Origin: Convolutriloba macropyga
Lineage: Eukaryota
DNA length: 64,000 nucleotides
Assembly (NCBI RefSeq): GCF_964194025.1
Contig: NC_134469.1
Coordinates: forward strand, 57,908,001 to 57,972,000
Direction of reading: 5' to 3'
Each line of letters opens with the position of its first letter. Position 1 is the first letter of the stretch. Of the stretch, positions 36,151 through 50,254 are shown piece by piece. The position numbers and the translations under genes are program-made. The notes under the pieces are model-generated. The model saw nothing but the letters and a program-made list of their open reading frames with translations. It made no database searches and was not told where the DNA came from.

Positions 36151-39100
36151 CTAGAAGGCGAAGTCTAAGCTGTTAAAAGCATAATCTATTAAAATTATGA
36201 ATCGATTAAATTAACATGAATCGATTAAAATTATCAATTGTGCTTTGTTTTTGAATGTCAATAATGTTTGCGGACCATAAACTACAGGTTGACCACAAAG
36301 GAGAGAAAAGTCGCAAAGCTCAATAAACCATTGTTTTGTTTTGAAAACAAGGATTTTTCAGTACGACCATATGCTTTCGACAAAAAAACTAGATAGGTTT
36401 CCATTAAACAACCAAGGAAATCAATTAGGCCTGCCACTAGTAATAAATGACTTGAACTGTTGTGTTATTTAGTTAGCATAAAAATAGCAAAAAATGCGAA
36501 CACGTTTTCAAAAAGGCAGCGACTGATTACAATCCTATTTATTATGAGACCGTAAAAACAATGATTATACTCAAATAGCCGTGTTATTGTTTTTCGTTAA
36601 TTATGAACAAGTAACTTTTTCAAATAATAGGGATATCCACAATTTGACGAAAAGGCTCAATATATCAAAAATGAGTGATTCATTTCTTTTTTGATAATTA
36701 TCGCGTTAATTAACAAAAAAAAACGTAAAATTTTAGTTCGAGAAAAATCTCAAAGGAAGTGCCATTAAAACCTAACCTCTTTTAAGTTAACACAAACTCT
36801 TCAGCACTTTATTGTGTTATTCCGTTGATTTTTTAATATAGTGTACTACTAAGCTTAATTCGTGCCATTTTTGGTGAGAAATGGCTAAATTTTGAAATAC
36901 TGGCAATATTTTCTGCCAAAATGCTGAATTAAACGGTTCAACAACACTCTTCCATCTTCAGCAGGAAATTCAACACGGCTGTTTTCAACAGTTTCAATAA
37001 TTTATTCAATAAAAATGGCAAAAACTTGAAAAAAAAACGAAATTGTGAACAAAATCAACGAATATCAGTCAAATGTGCACATACATTTAAACCTCAATAT
37101 TTCCATGGAAAGAAACAAAATTGGCAAAAATCTTTCTATTTTCTACTGCACGCTGGATAGGATTTCTATTGATAGCACTCACAAAACTTTATAATAAATG
37201 TTTCGATTCGCCAAAATTGACTAAACTAAAAACCCGTTTGAGCATTATTTCCTCCCATACTAAAGTGGGTTGGGACAGTTAAGTTTTCAAAATTGAGATC
37301 ACCAAACCGTTAATTTCGATTGGAGTCGTCCAAAACAAGAGTATGGTTGAGTTTTCAATTCCAGGTAAAAAAAATTCCAGGTAAAATCAATGGGACAGTA
37401 TAGACCATGGGTTAGAACTAGAAAAGAACATGCATGTATTTGAATGAAGGAGATTTTGTTTTTCTCTCTACGAGGTCTCTGTGACAGCCATTTTCGAACT
37501 AGTTGTTTTCATTTTTGGAAAAACACTTAAAACTTAGTTAAAGTAATAACGGACTTTAAAAAAACAGAACTAGTCAATAAAAAACAGCTGTTTTAGAGAC
37601 TTCATAGCGAGACAAACATAAACTTCTCTAGACAAAGCAAAGTTTGTAACAACTGGCCCTGACTTCCTGTACATTTTTGTTCCGAACCCCTTAAGTGGGG
37701 GAAGAACTGTTTGCTCAACTGGTTGTTTTTCAATTAGTCAAATTTCGCTGGTCGATATTTTTTTTTTACCGTACAGTGTTGTGAGTAGCATCATTTTCGT
37801 CGTTTGACTTAGTCACATCAACTACTTGTCCAAGTTAATTGCTAAGCATTAGGAAGTCAATCTAATTAATATTTTTAGGTAGAAGCTTACTCTTGTTATT
37901 TCGTATGACTCCAAAAACGTTTACAAAACTGTTGTTTTTTTAGTTTCCAATTTTGTTCTTTTCTGTGCCCCTTTTTAGCGTAGTTTCAACAAAAAGAGAA
38001 ATTGCTGACTCTTGCAAGTGATTTCGAATGTAGTCTTCATTGTTGCTTTATCAATTGAATAACTGTTTTTTGGCGTTGATGCTACAAGTTTTCAAAATTC
38101 TTTTTTATTTTAGGTTTTTTTTTAAAAATTTTTTGGGTTCTTTTGCTGTCTTGTTCTATTCTCAGATTAATAACACAGCAATTACCCGTATTATTTTACA
38201 CAAATGGCATTGGAAGAAGGCGCAATTGATTATATTTTTTGTTTTTAGGGAGAAGAGTTTGATTTTGTAGGCATCGACACTGACACATTTTTTCTCGCAG
38301 AATTGAATTGACTTTTTAATTAATGTTGTGTTTTTTATCTTTGTTTGAATGTGTGAATCGAGCCTTTCAGTTTATTCACCTTATAGCTAATGGTTTTCAT
38401 GACTTTTAAGTAGTTGTTTTCAAAAAAATAAACGTGTTACTTAACGTTTTCTACTTAAAGACAGAACCTGTGGATTTTCTCAATAAAGACAGAACCTATA
38501 TCTTTTCGGTTAACATTCCAGTCATTTATTGAATTTTATGTTTATCTGATGCTATTCTGAATTTTTTTATGTTTTTTCAAAAATAAAGGCAGCCATTGTG
38601 TTTGATGCTTGTTGTTTTTATATTTTTGCCGATTTTGCCGTTTTTTTGTCTCTTAGTCTCCTCAATGGATCATCAGCCTTCCAATGAAGCTTTTTAAATT
38701 TGCATAGTTTGAGCTTAAAACAATTTTTTAAAATGGTTTCATCATTTGTTTTCGCAGAATAACTGAATTTTTTGAAAGTATTTTGTCTGTTCCGCATTTG
38801 GTGGTCAGTTAACTGAAAAACGTGTTTGAGCAGGGTCGAAATATTATGTGCGAACGCACATTAGCGAGCCTCTTTGTCGTATTTAGGTTTATGCTCAAAA
38901 CCAACTGCTGCTAATTGAAAGCCCTAATTGACTTAAATGATCAATGCGATTATGCGAAACGAAAGTTCTTGGATCTCTAAAATCATATGAAACTGATCAT
39001 AAAATCAGTCTTATATCAAGTTTGTTGAATTAAATATCAATCACTAACGATTATAGAGATCAGTCGAAGTCTGCGCGGAAATTAGTTCGCATGATTCTCA

Positions 39101-41226
39101 AAGCGCTTCAACAGTACTTCGACAAATTTTTTCAAGGGTTTTTCAAGTTTTAAAGGTGTCAAATATTTTATATGATGTAATATTTTCGCTTTTAGATGAT
39201 GCGAAACTTGCGAAATTCGGTATTTTTGTTCCAATCCCAGTATGTGTGGGGACCAATTGAATGCGGAATGCTTGATTTAATATATGAATTTTCGGCCGAA
39301 GTCACGAAGAAAGCGCATTAGAATGCTCATCCAAAGCATAACTTTTTTGAGGCATGTTTGTGCAACTTTTTGTCTACGAGTACATTATGAAATGTGAAGT
39401 TTTCAGGAGCGGCGGCTATTTTACCACCCAAATTGATCCATTTGTTTTATTTTTCCGTATTCTCCATTGACGTATGCATGTGAACTATAAGTATTTTAAA
39501 TTATTTCAGTACCATTCAGTCGTAAACAGACTATCATATTGAACAATCTTAATTGCGTTTTAATTGTTTTACCAACCTCTCTCCAAATTTCAATTTTGCC
39601 TTTATTTGTTACAGGTTTAATTTTTTTAGCGTCTAATCTATCAAATTGTTCACGGGAGTTTACGGAGTAGGACAAATCTACGGAATGAAAGAACAAAGTA
39701 GAAGAGTTATTGAACGAACATTTTCAGCAGCTTAGCCGGAGTTTTAGTAGTTCAGTTTTAAACATGGTTATAGCACTTTGCATCTATTTTTGGAGGTTCA
39801 AATTTTTGTCGGCTAAAGAATTCGGCAATAGTTGCCAGTCATTTCAAATAGTGACATCAATGATTTAAAAAATACAAAGCCTAATAAAAATTTTCACAAT
39901 AGTTTCTATTTATTTTAGGAACATTTGTTTTGTCCCATTTTTGTCCTCTCAACTATCAAAAAATTCTGTTGCTATCTCGGCCACATTGAGCATCTTGACA
40001 TTTTGTTTATAAAAAGTTATAAAGTAAGTAGAAAATCCACTTAAAAATTAATCGTCTATTTTATTGTTTTTATATTTTGCATCCGTTGAAATATATTTAG
40101 CAATTTTCTTAATTGGTCGTTGCTCTCATTTACCTTTATTTCGATTTAGCTCATAATCATATTTTAAGAAAAAATGATTTAAAAATAGTAGGAAAAATCT
40201 CAAGAAAGTTTTTTCCAGTTTGCAATCTTTCGTCAAATTTTCCCACTTTTAATTGCTGTCTATTGGTCATTTGGTAGTTGAGCTTTAATGAGAGATACTA
40301 TGTGATTGAACTGTCACCCAGGACCAGATGTGAAAATTTTCAGTGAACGGCGAGCTTCCGAATCAAATTACATCACGAAAAAACTACTGGTCACGGTTCA
40401 TTAAATCTTAATTTCTCGATGAATTTTATAAAAACCCCGAAATTATTGGCATACTTCTCAAAACCCTTTGTAGAATAAATGTCTCCACTTTTTATTTGTG
40501 TTACTTTACGTTTTCTTACAGTAGAAGCATTGTTTCGGATGCCTTCAAAAAGAAAAGTTTGAAGCATTTCAACTTGAAAACTCTCGTTTTTCCAGAAGTC
40601 AAAAAATAAAGTCAGTTTTTGAACATATTCCACGGTTCGTTTATTCTTTAAAAATTTTTTCTGTTATGGTTTCGCGGCAATTATTATTTCAATTATAGAG
40701 CAATATCAATTTCGTAAACCAAATTCTGATTGGATTTCAATTCAAGGTGTGAAGTACTATGAATGATATCGTATTTTTTTTTTGGAAAATATCTATCCAT
40801 TTTGAAAAGGATTTCAATTGTTTTCAGATGCTTTCAGTTTTTACAAAGTTATCTATGCTCAAAACTTGAAACCAAAGATTTTCTTGCCGAAATATTTTAA
40901 ATTATAAATTAATACCGAGTGATAGAAAGTGGTTTTATTTAGTTTTGCTGCAAAACTAAATAACTTTTCTGTTTTTTCACGGGATTTTTTTTTAATATGG
41001 ATTTTGAAGTTGTACTCAACAGTTTTGTATTAAAATGACGCGACATTAAGGAAAGTAATTACATCTACATTATTTTTTTTCCCGATTTTGAAGTCTGTTT
41101 ACGAAACTGTTTTGGGAATTTATCAAGTTTGTGCAATGTGAAAGACTCAAAAGCTGTTCATGGATTGTGAACGCACATTTGTATATTGATGAGTCAGCCG
41201 CGAAAAAAAAGATATTTTTAATTCAG

Positions 41227-41413
41227 GTTAATCCAATTGAGTGATGTGGACTCGTACGAGGTGGTGAGGTCAGCATGTGTGATGCTGGGCTCACATTTTG
41301 GACTGTTCCTCTCAATCACCACCTGCGCCAGCAATGCAGTCCTCTCCGGAATGGCCAGGGACAAAAGGGTCCCTCATCTCGCTGTTAACTACCACTGCGA
41401 CACCTACGACACT
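41227..41413 (+). CDS. iGluR coding exon 2 (ATD)
   Basis: Acceptor aattcag|G completes the AG|G Arg codon. Frame reads LIQLSDVDSYEVVRSACVMLGSHFGLFLSITTCASNAVLSGMARDKRVPHLAVNYHCDTYDT, the iGluR ATD pattern DSxE...AC...CAS...xPHL. Donor ACT|gtaagc, phase 0. Confidence 0.9.
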
Positions 41414-42077
41414 GTAAGCAGATTATGCATTCACAGTTTTTACTTTAGGTTTTGAAATATGAAGTCAGTCTACGTTATTGTAAACATTTTCTCATCTAAG
41501 TTTTTAAATACGTGCGTCCTATATACTTGATTCTATTGACCTCTATACTTAGTATAAACTGACGACAATTTCCTTTTCTTTCCAATTCAGATGTTTTCAA
41601 GACTTTGTGCATTTTAACTTTGTGCCTTTGGGCTTCCTTTTTAAGGCTTAAACATTTCCAGCGTTATGATTTAAAAAGATACAGCACAAATTGCTTGCCC
41701 GGCGCTTTTACTCATTCGCCAAATAACAAATTATTGTCAGGCTATTTGTCTCAAAAACAAACCCTTTCCTCCCTTTTTAATTTTTTTAAACATAGCTGCA
41801 GGGAACGGTTGCATGACATTTCTCTGCGTTGAGCTTTAGTGCCTCGAGGCGAAAAGTTTCTCTGTATCAAACAGTTCATCAGTTCATCTTTGTTGTATTT
41901 AACGGACGAAGGCAAATAGACGGAAACGCAACAATTCTTCAATCAGACAACTGGTGGTTTTGTGAGGTATTCCAAACGGTTTTTCATTCCACCTCTCAAT
42001 TTGATCACTTTTTGGTATTTAGCAAATAGTTCGTTCTAATAAAACATTCGAAATGGGAATGTTTAAGCAAAAACAAA

Positions 42078-44300
42078 GAGGCCTGGTATTGTGCGTTGGC
42101 ACATAATGTTCCGAGCCTGCTAAACTAAGTTTAAGACTTAATTGTCCACCAAATGAGGACGCAATAAAAACTTTTAGAAAAGCTCTTGTTTTTCGAAAAT
42201 AATTGGTGTATTCATTTAAAAACTTGCTTGAAGCTCTAACGACTATATAAATGAAAAATAATTTATTAGAGGGCCAGTGATACCTGCCATTAAGGAGATT
42301 AAGATACAAGACAAACAACAAAATAAAATACAAAAAACAAGTATTTCTTACGATGAAAACTCAAAGTCTATCTATTTTTCTTGAAAAAGTAATGAAAAAA
42401 TCAGTATAGCATCAGATAAAAAGTAAACTAAACCACATGTCTTGAACTTTACCAAAAAACATATAGAGCCTGCCTTTATTGAGCACAATTATCAAATAGA
42501 CCATTTTAGAAAGGGCAAAATTAGAAAATACGTTTACACTTTTGAAAAACAGTTAGTTTCAAAGTCATGAAAGCAAATAGCTATCAAGTGAAACCATTCA
42601 CCGGCTTCGTTAAAAACCTTAATACAAAGTCATTGGGACCGGTTATCATTCAGAAAGTCGCATTAATACAAAGTGTGCAAACACAGACAAAAATCAAGGA
42701 GTTACTTCATTTTTGCGAGGAAACGGTTTTGAAGCCTATAAGATTAAAATCTCTTAACAAAATAAGATAAAAAATCGAAACATTGAAAACAATCAATTAC
42801 GTATTTTTCAACGCCACTAATGTGATATATTTCTTGTAATTAAAATTCGGAGAATCGAAAGTTGGAAAATGTCAAAAAAATTAATGAAAACTTGGAGTAT
42901 CGTCAGAAAAAAACCATTTTTTAAAAAAACAACAAAAAAGACTAAATAATGATTGACTTCAAAACATGCGATTTTGCTCTTTGCTGAGAGTAGGCAAAGA
43001 AGTAGCAGAAGTAAGACAAAAATTGGTAAATCTCAAATTAATATCATTTTTTTAATGCGTAAGGCAAAAAAGCCGTAAGCGTTCAACTTAAAAAGGCTAA
43101 AAAGTTTCCCTTGATATTGTCTAGGAGGCCAATGGTAACACGTAAATGGCGGGAATAAGCGTATAGACTTCACATTAACACCGAAAACAGTAAGAACTCA
43201 AAATTTTTTAAACAATTTTGTGCAAATGTCGTTGACTATGTTCATTGGCCTCCTTTACTCATAAGTTAGATTGGTCAATAATTGATGTTTGATTAGAAAT
43301 CATTCTGGTCTGTAATTAAACAAACATAGACAAAAATATGTCAAAAATTACATGAAGCGCCATATTTCAATCCGATAAATTGTTTGAACTGTAATATTCC
43401 TAAATTGGTTCTGCTCTTTTCCAAATATTCCAAATGATATTGAAATAGCTAGTGTGATCGAAAAGTCAATATATCAAAATTAAATGGTGAATTTTGGATA
43501 CTTATTGAATAATATTACCAAAAAGTCATTTTCTATCAACTGAAAGCATTAGAAAAATATTTATTAGCTCCACAGATGTGAAACTGGACATTTGACAGTT
43601 TAGACTCATTCATAAGACAACAAAAAGATCATCCAGCGCTGGCAATATTCAAGAACTAATCAACAATTTACGAAAAATTTATTGGAGCCATAAAATCCAT
43701 GAGCTTTTTCCATAAAATACAAAATTGTTTCACTGTACATTATTGGACCATTGGAACATGAATTTACCTCTTGTTTATTAAACTTTTAAATGACAAAAAA
43801 CATTAGCTTTCAATCGGGATGAAAAAAATGCGAAAACCAATTCAAAAAGGAGGTTACCAAAACAAAATCAGATTCCTTTTCCATTGCAATAAACAACGAT
43901 GTGACCAAAATTGGCCTTGCTATTTCTGCGCGGCTGTTCAAAAACTCATTTGTTCTATAAACTTGTTAATACTTTTTTGGCAATCAAGAACCCAAATATC
44001 TGAAAATTAATCTAGGCATTTTTTTATTAATATTGTTTTAAGTTAGCTAAAAACCGCAAAAATTTTGTTCCCAGAAAAGTTTCATAAGAACCGTAGGTGT
44101 AATTAACCCATATCTGAATAAAAAAAGGTTGTGCAGGCAATTTTCATGGTTGCACTAACGGTCAAACTGGACAAAGTGGAACAAATAGGCATAATTGATG
44201 CCCAATTTTAAGGAAAAGAATAAAAACTTGAAACTTAAAACTAATGAGACTATCGTTTACAATTTTATATTAATTTGTTTAATTTATATTTTTTTATTGC
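42078..44300 (+). mobile_element. Highly decayed LINE 5' portion with a conserved hairpin head
   Basis: Shared ~45-bp head at 42078 followed by accaaATG. A faint GDFNA-like endonuclease remnant lies at ~43816. The right boundary is uncertain. Confidence 0.35.
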
Positions 44301-44499
44301 AAAAATTAATCAAAATTTACAAACACAAAAATACTAAAAAAATCTGAACAAAACAAGGGAAAGAATTTGAAGATACAATTTAAAAGTAATTACAGGAACA
44401 GAGGACTGTTAGTTTTTGCTAAGTTTAACAAAGTTGTTTACCGAGAGATGTCGTAAAGTTGTTACTAGGACATCTCAAAGTGGATAAAAAACTTTTACT

Positions 44500-46400
44500 T
44501 GTATGCAGCTTGTATCAGAAATTATCCCAAAAAGTGAGAATTTTGTGACAATATACCATTCACTGAGTTCTTGGTTTCTTTACAGGTCGTTTTTAATAAT
44601 AATCAATAAGCTTGCGAACAAAAATTTTGTTATTCTGCGCTTATTTATTACAATAAAAAGCTCTGGTTGTTGCTTTTTTTCTCTTTTTTACGAGAATTTC
44701 TTTAACATCAACAGATATTGACAGACAAAAAAATCGTTTTTTATTGGCGCTCGTTTTTTTCAATATTTTTTTCTGAAACAAAATGGTCAACGTTCCGACT
44801 GTCACAGTTTGGATTCAGGTTCCGAACTTGTTTAACTGTTAAAAAGTAGAATTGAAATAAATTTTGTTGGTTCTTTCTTTACTTGATAGTCGTAGAAAGT
44901 TGATTTCACGGAAGTTTGATTTAATTGATATCTTTAGTTGATAAAGGAAATGGTACAGCTGTCACGGTTCGTTAGTAAGTGCAGATTGAGTGCTGTTGGT
45001 TGACGTTTTCCCTTTGTTTTTGAATAAGTTTATTTTGAAATCTACTGCTTCAATCAATTTTCTTTAATAAACATTTGCACTCTAGTTTTGTATAGATTTT
45101 GTGCTGACAGTGAACAATCTTACCAGTTCTCTTCTAGCTAAGATCTCTTGACTAGATTCTTGCTGATTATTGCTACAAAATTAGAAACATTTATACGACG
45201 CCAGTACAAAATACCCAACGCAAAGTGTTGGAAATCTACCCAGTATTTTGGCGTTGGAAAACTATCAAGTAACAATCGTTTCATGATTTGCGGAATAAAG
45301 GTTTGATAGAGATAAGGGAAAACGACGTTTATGAAAAATAATGGCACAATCAATAATCTGTTGACAAATTGATTATTTTAACACGCTTTTTCTATTTGTC
45401 ATTTTATAAGTTATAGATCGTTAATGTAGCATACTGCTCAACGTAAATATTTCTCAGTGTTTTCTTTGCTGAAAGAGATCGGAAAATTTAACTGTTTATT
45501 CGAAATTGGACATCCTAATTTTCTTTAGAGAGATTAAAATATTTACGTCTTCAAAAATGCAAACAATCACTTGAAAATTTCGTAGCAAACAAGTGGTTAG
45601 GTAAGTTTAACAATAAGAACGCAACATGGAGAAATGGTGAAAAGAACTTGTTAATTTGCCACTGTTTTCTTTTGCAAGTATCAGATTTTTAAATACAGTG
45701 TATTTTGTAAATCTGTAAATAGAAAAAAAATGCTGTGACAATTTTAAAAAGAAAGTTTTTCAGCAGGTTCCAGGTTAAGAAGAACAATGGAATTTTATCA
45801 AAAACATATTGAAAGACCTCAATCAAGGGGAAAACCTGACAAGATAAAAGGAGGTGATCATATTGATGAATTTGAAAAACGAATCGCCAATTTGATAAAC
45901 AATTCATTAGCCAGATTTCGTTTGAACGAAACTGAAAGATTTCATCAAAATTCACGTGATTTAAGTTTTCAGGACACAAAATTCAAACTTTCAATTTGTC
46001 ACCGGGCAATTTTTCGTTGATATTGTGCGTGAACGTCAACCAATTTGACCTAAAAATACTTTCATGGGCGCTGGAGAGCTTTAAACTTTCTATTGAAACT
46101 CATTTTCAAATCGCCCTCCAGGAGTTCTTATATACTAACTTTTTATAACATTCTTAAAAAGTTGATTATAAGAAAAGGGAGTAGTTCAAATAAGAAAAAT
46201 TTGAACCATCTCAGTCTCCGCAAACTTTTCCAGAGTTTTTGAACGAGCACTACTGATTACTTAAAAGCATCATTAACAAAAGCTAGGTGAGTTCTAGGCA
46301 AAAAAATGTATCTGCATACACAAGTTAATTAGGTGTATGAAATAAGCATTTTTTCTTAAAGGGTTATTGTATATAAGCCGCCAGAGAAGGGAGTTGATTG
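44500..46400 (-). mobile_element. Highly decayed LINE ORF2 (endonuclease region)
   Basis: Minus-strand VDVHAQ (~46023-46040, GDFNAH-like) and YDHLLL (ORF 45689-45979, SDH-like) occur in the expected order. Boundaries uncertain. Confidence 0.35.
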
Positions 46401-46581
46401 AGATATTTTAAACAAACCAATTAAAAAAGAAAAGCATATTGAGCTGCTTTTGTTTTATTTTGTTTTACTGTGCTAATTCAACTAAAAATATTTAGTTGAA
46501 TTGGCAAAGTTGAATTTCTGCATCAGGCCAAAATCGAAATGTGTGATTTAAATTTAGAAGAAAACCAGAGAGCGAACATTT

Positions 46582-49500
46582 GAAGTGAACTAGATATTTT
46601 GAACAGAACTGGAACTTCAATTTGAAGTAAATCAAAGTGCAATTTTGAATTTGCAAAATAATGGGCATACCCAAACCTGGTACACCTCAACTCTTTAAAG
46701 TATATTCATCATTGGACTCTGAAAAATTGTGGAGATGTTCCCCTATTGATTTTCCATATATAATAGGGATGTGCGGCCGGTTACACCTTTTTGATCTGAA
46801 CTAGTTAAGTAAAGTTTTCTTGATTAAGAGTATTTAAAAAGGCAATTTATCAGGTTTTCGAAAAACCCTGGGTACAGAATTTGTCCGACACCTCCCGGAA
46901 TGCGAACGAGCTATTGATTGATAACCAATCAATGATGGGAGGAACCCCTAATGATCCTCTATTGCAAGTATATTTTTAGGGCCAAACAGACCAATTGCCA
47001 CCAGTTATTAACACCGGAAGTAGTGTGTGAGTAAGAAATAATGGGATTAATCAGTCGTAATGTCATGCACGTATGAATTAAGTTTTTGCATGATCTTGGG
47101 AAGGGATTAGGATGTAAAATGAAGATTTTTGCTAATATTGTTAGTTATCACAGGAAGGTGTATTGTTCGGAAAAGTTGAAGTTGGGTTGACGTGATACTT
47201 GGGGGATAGACTAAATTAGGTACGAAGAATCCAGTTTAAGTGTCAGATTTGACCGCACACCAACTTGCACGGCACTAGCGCACGCCCGTGCTGTGGCACG
47301 TAAAATTTGGATTGCCCCAGTCAATTTTGACGAATTCGGATTTTTCGGGTTTCGGTACCCACGAGTCTTTAAAAATTTTCAAATTGCAAACGACTGGCAA
47401 CGGCTGATCCGATTGTCATGAAACCTGGCTGGCAGGTTGGTGGCACCCTATTTTTAATAGAAATTTTTATCCGAATACGTTTTGACCACTACTTTCCGAG
47501 ATTTTGATTTCTGAAATTTGGGGTCATCCGGGAGGTAGATGAAAAGTGTGCGTGGTTTTTGTTCCTGTTCTAGTGGGAGTTAGGCCATGAAAATTTGTGG
47601 GTAGGTGCAAATGTGAGAAGAACTTCCTTGAAAATAATTAGTTTTATTTAACTTGACCTTTCATCTTGAATGATTGATCCCTTATTGAACCCTAGAGATC
47701 AAAATGTAGTAGGTTTTTTGGAAAAGTAGACTTTTCGGCTGTTATAACAGGGAATTCCGTGAAATGTTGTGCAAACTCAGAATAACAATTGTTCTTAGCT
47801 TTAGGATGAGTTTAGTTCTTTATTCATTATATGAATTTTGACAGGGATTGATTGCAGCTGGTTAATTTGAAAGCGGAAAAAGAGGAATAAGAACTTTTCA
47901 GAGCAACGTTCAATGTTTACTAAGCACACTCTGATTGACATGTCAAGAGATATAATGGTGTGAAATTGTTTAAAGAGTCCAGAGGTCGTTTGAATAAGAT
48001 AAGGAGAAAGTTGAACAATTGTTGAGAGCAGTTGAATGACAGAGCATAAATTGATACTGATTTGTTTGCACAGCAAACAGAGGCCTCCTACAGATGGTGA
48101 CAGATTTCAAGTGTGAGTTGCAATGTTTGTTTAAGAGATTATAGTTTGTTTGCTTAAGATAAGAGCGTATTGGTTGCGTATAAATTGAAGTGACACGCAG
48201 AGAGATCAGAGAGGGTAGAAGCGACTTGTTGAGACACAGAAGTTTGGACACAGGAGAGAGTTGCGCACAAGCGAGAGAAAGTAGTTGGTTTAGTGGGACT
48301 AAACTTTAGAAGCTAGTGTGAAAAGCAGAGAGGAGACTGAACGCTGGAAGTTTGTAATTGCTAGACAAGTTGGGATATTGAGAGCGTTTTTTGATTTAAT
48401 TCATTTGGGAAGTGAACTAGATATTTTGAACAGAACTGGAATTTCAATTTGAGGTAAATCAAAGTGCAGTTTTGAATTTGCAAAATAATGGGCATCCCCA
48501 AACCTGGTACAACTCAACTCTTTAAGGTATATTCATCATTGGACTCTGAAAAATTGTGGAGATGTTCCCCTATTGATTTTCCATATATAATAGGGATGTG
48601 CGGCCGGTTACACCTTTTTTATCTGAACTAGTTAAGTAAAGTTTTGTTGATTAAGAGTATTTAAAAAGGCAATTTATCAGGTTTTCGAAAAACCCTGGGT
48701 ACAGAATTTGTCCGACACCTCCCGGAATGCGAACGAGCTATTGATTGATAACCAATCAATGATGGGAGGAACCCCTAATGATCCTCTATTGCAAGTATAT
48801 TTTTAGGGCCAAACAGACCAATTGCCACCAGTTATTAACACCGGAAGTAGTGTGTGAGTAAGAAATAATGGGATTAATCAATCGTAATGTCATGCACGTA
48901 TGAATTAAGGTTTTGCATGATCTTGAGAAGGGATTAGGATGTAAAATGACGATTTTTGCTAATATTGGTATTTATCACAGGAAGGTGTATTTTTCGGAAA
49001 AGTTGAAGTTGGGTTGACGTGATACTTGGGGGATAGACTAAATTAGGTACGAAGAATCCAGTTTAAGTCTCAGATTTGACCGCACACCAACTTGCACGGG
49101 ACTAGCGCACGCCCGTGCTGTGGCACGTACAATTTGGATTGCCCCAGTCAATTTTGACGAACTCGGATTTTTCGGGTTTCGGTACGCACGAGTCTTTAAA
49201 AATTTTCAAATTGCAAACGACTGGCAACGGCAGATCCGATTGTCATGAAACCTGGCGGGCAGGTTGGTGGTACCCTATTTTTATTAGAAATTTTTATCCG
49301 AATACGTTTTGACCACTACTTTCTGAGATATTGATTTCTGAAATTTGGGGTCATCCGGGAGGTAGATGAAAAGTGTGCGTGGTTTTTGTTCCTGTTCTAG
49401 TGGGAGTTAGGCCATAAAAATTTGTGGGTAGGTGCAAATGTGAGAAGAACTTCCTTGAAAATAATTAGTTTTAATTAACTTGACCTTTCATCTTGAATGA

Positions 49501-50254
49501 TTGATCCCTTATTGAACCCTAGAGATCAAAATGTAGTAGGTTTTTTGGAAAAGTAGACTTTTCGGCTGTTATAACAGGGAATTCCGTGAAATGTTGTGCA
49601 AACTCAGAATAACAATTGTTCTTAGCTTTAGGATGAGTTTAGTTCTTTATTCATTATATGAATTTTGACAGGGATTGATTGCAGCTGGTTAATTTGAAAG
49701 CGGAAAAAGAGGAATAAGAACTTTTCAGAGCAACGTTCAGTGTTTACTAAGCACACCCTGATTGACATGTCAAGTGCATATATGAGATATAATGGTGTGA
49801 ATTTGTTTAAAGAGTCCAGAGGTCGTTTGAATAAGATAAGGAGAAAGTTGAACAATGGTTGATAGCAGTTGAATGACAGAGCATAAATTGATACTGATTT
49901 GTTTGCACAGCAAACAAAGGCCTCCTACAGATGGTGACAGATTTCAAGTGTGAGTTGCAATGTTTGTTTAAGAGATTATAGTTTGTTTGCTTAAGATAAG
50001 AGCGTATTGGTTGAGTATAAATTGAAGTGACACGCAGAGAGATCAGAGAGGGTTGAAGCGACTTGTTGAGACACAGAAGTTTGGACACAGGAGAGAGTTG
50101 CGCACAGGCGAAAGAAAGTAGTTGGTTTAGTGGGACTAAACTTTAGAAGCTAGTGTGAAAAGCAGAGAGGAGACTGAACGCTGGAAGTTTGTATTTGCAA
50201 GACAAGTTGGGATATTGAAAGCGTTTTTTGATTTAATTCATTTGGGAAGTGAAC
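46582..50254. repeat. Tandem duplication of a ~1.83-kb unit (2 copies, highly similar)
   Basis: GAAGTGAAC at 46582, 48409 and 50246 delimits copies of 1827 and 1837 bp. Confidence 0.95.
47275..47300 (-). mobile_element. Helitron-like 3' terminus (second copy at 49102-49127)
   Basis: Minus strand reads cgtgc-caca-gcacg (hairpin), ggcgtgcg, then CTAG|T. The 5' TC end was not identified. Confidence 0.55.

Noticed and set aside
47801-50088. Duplicated 75-93-aa minus-strand ORFs
   Set aside because: They sit inside the 1.83-kb duplication, have no domain motifs, and one is altered by an indel between copies.
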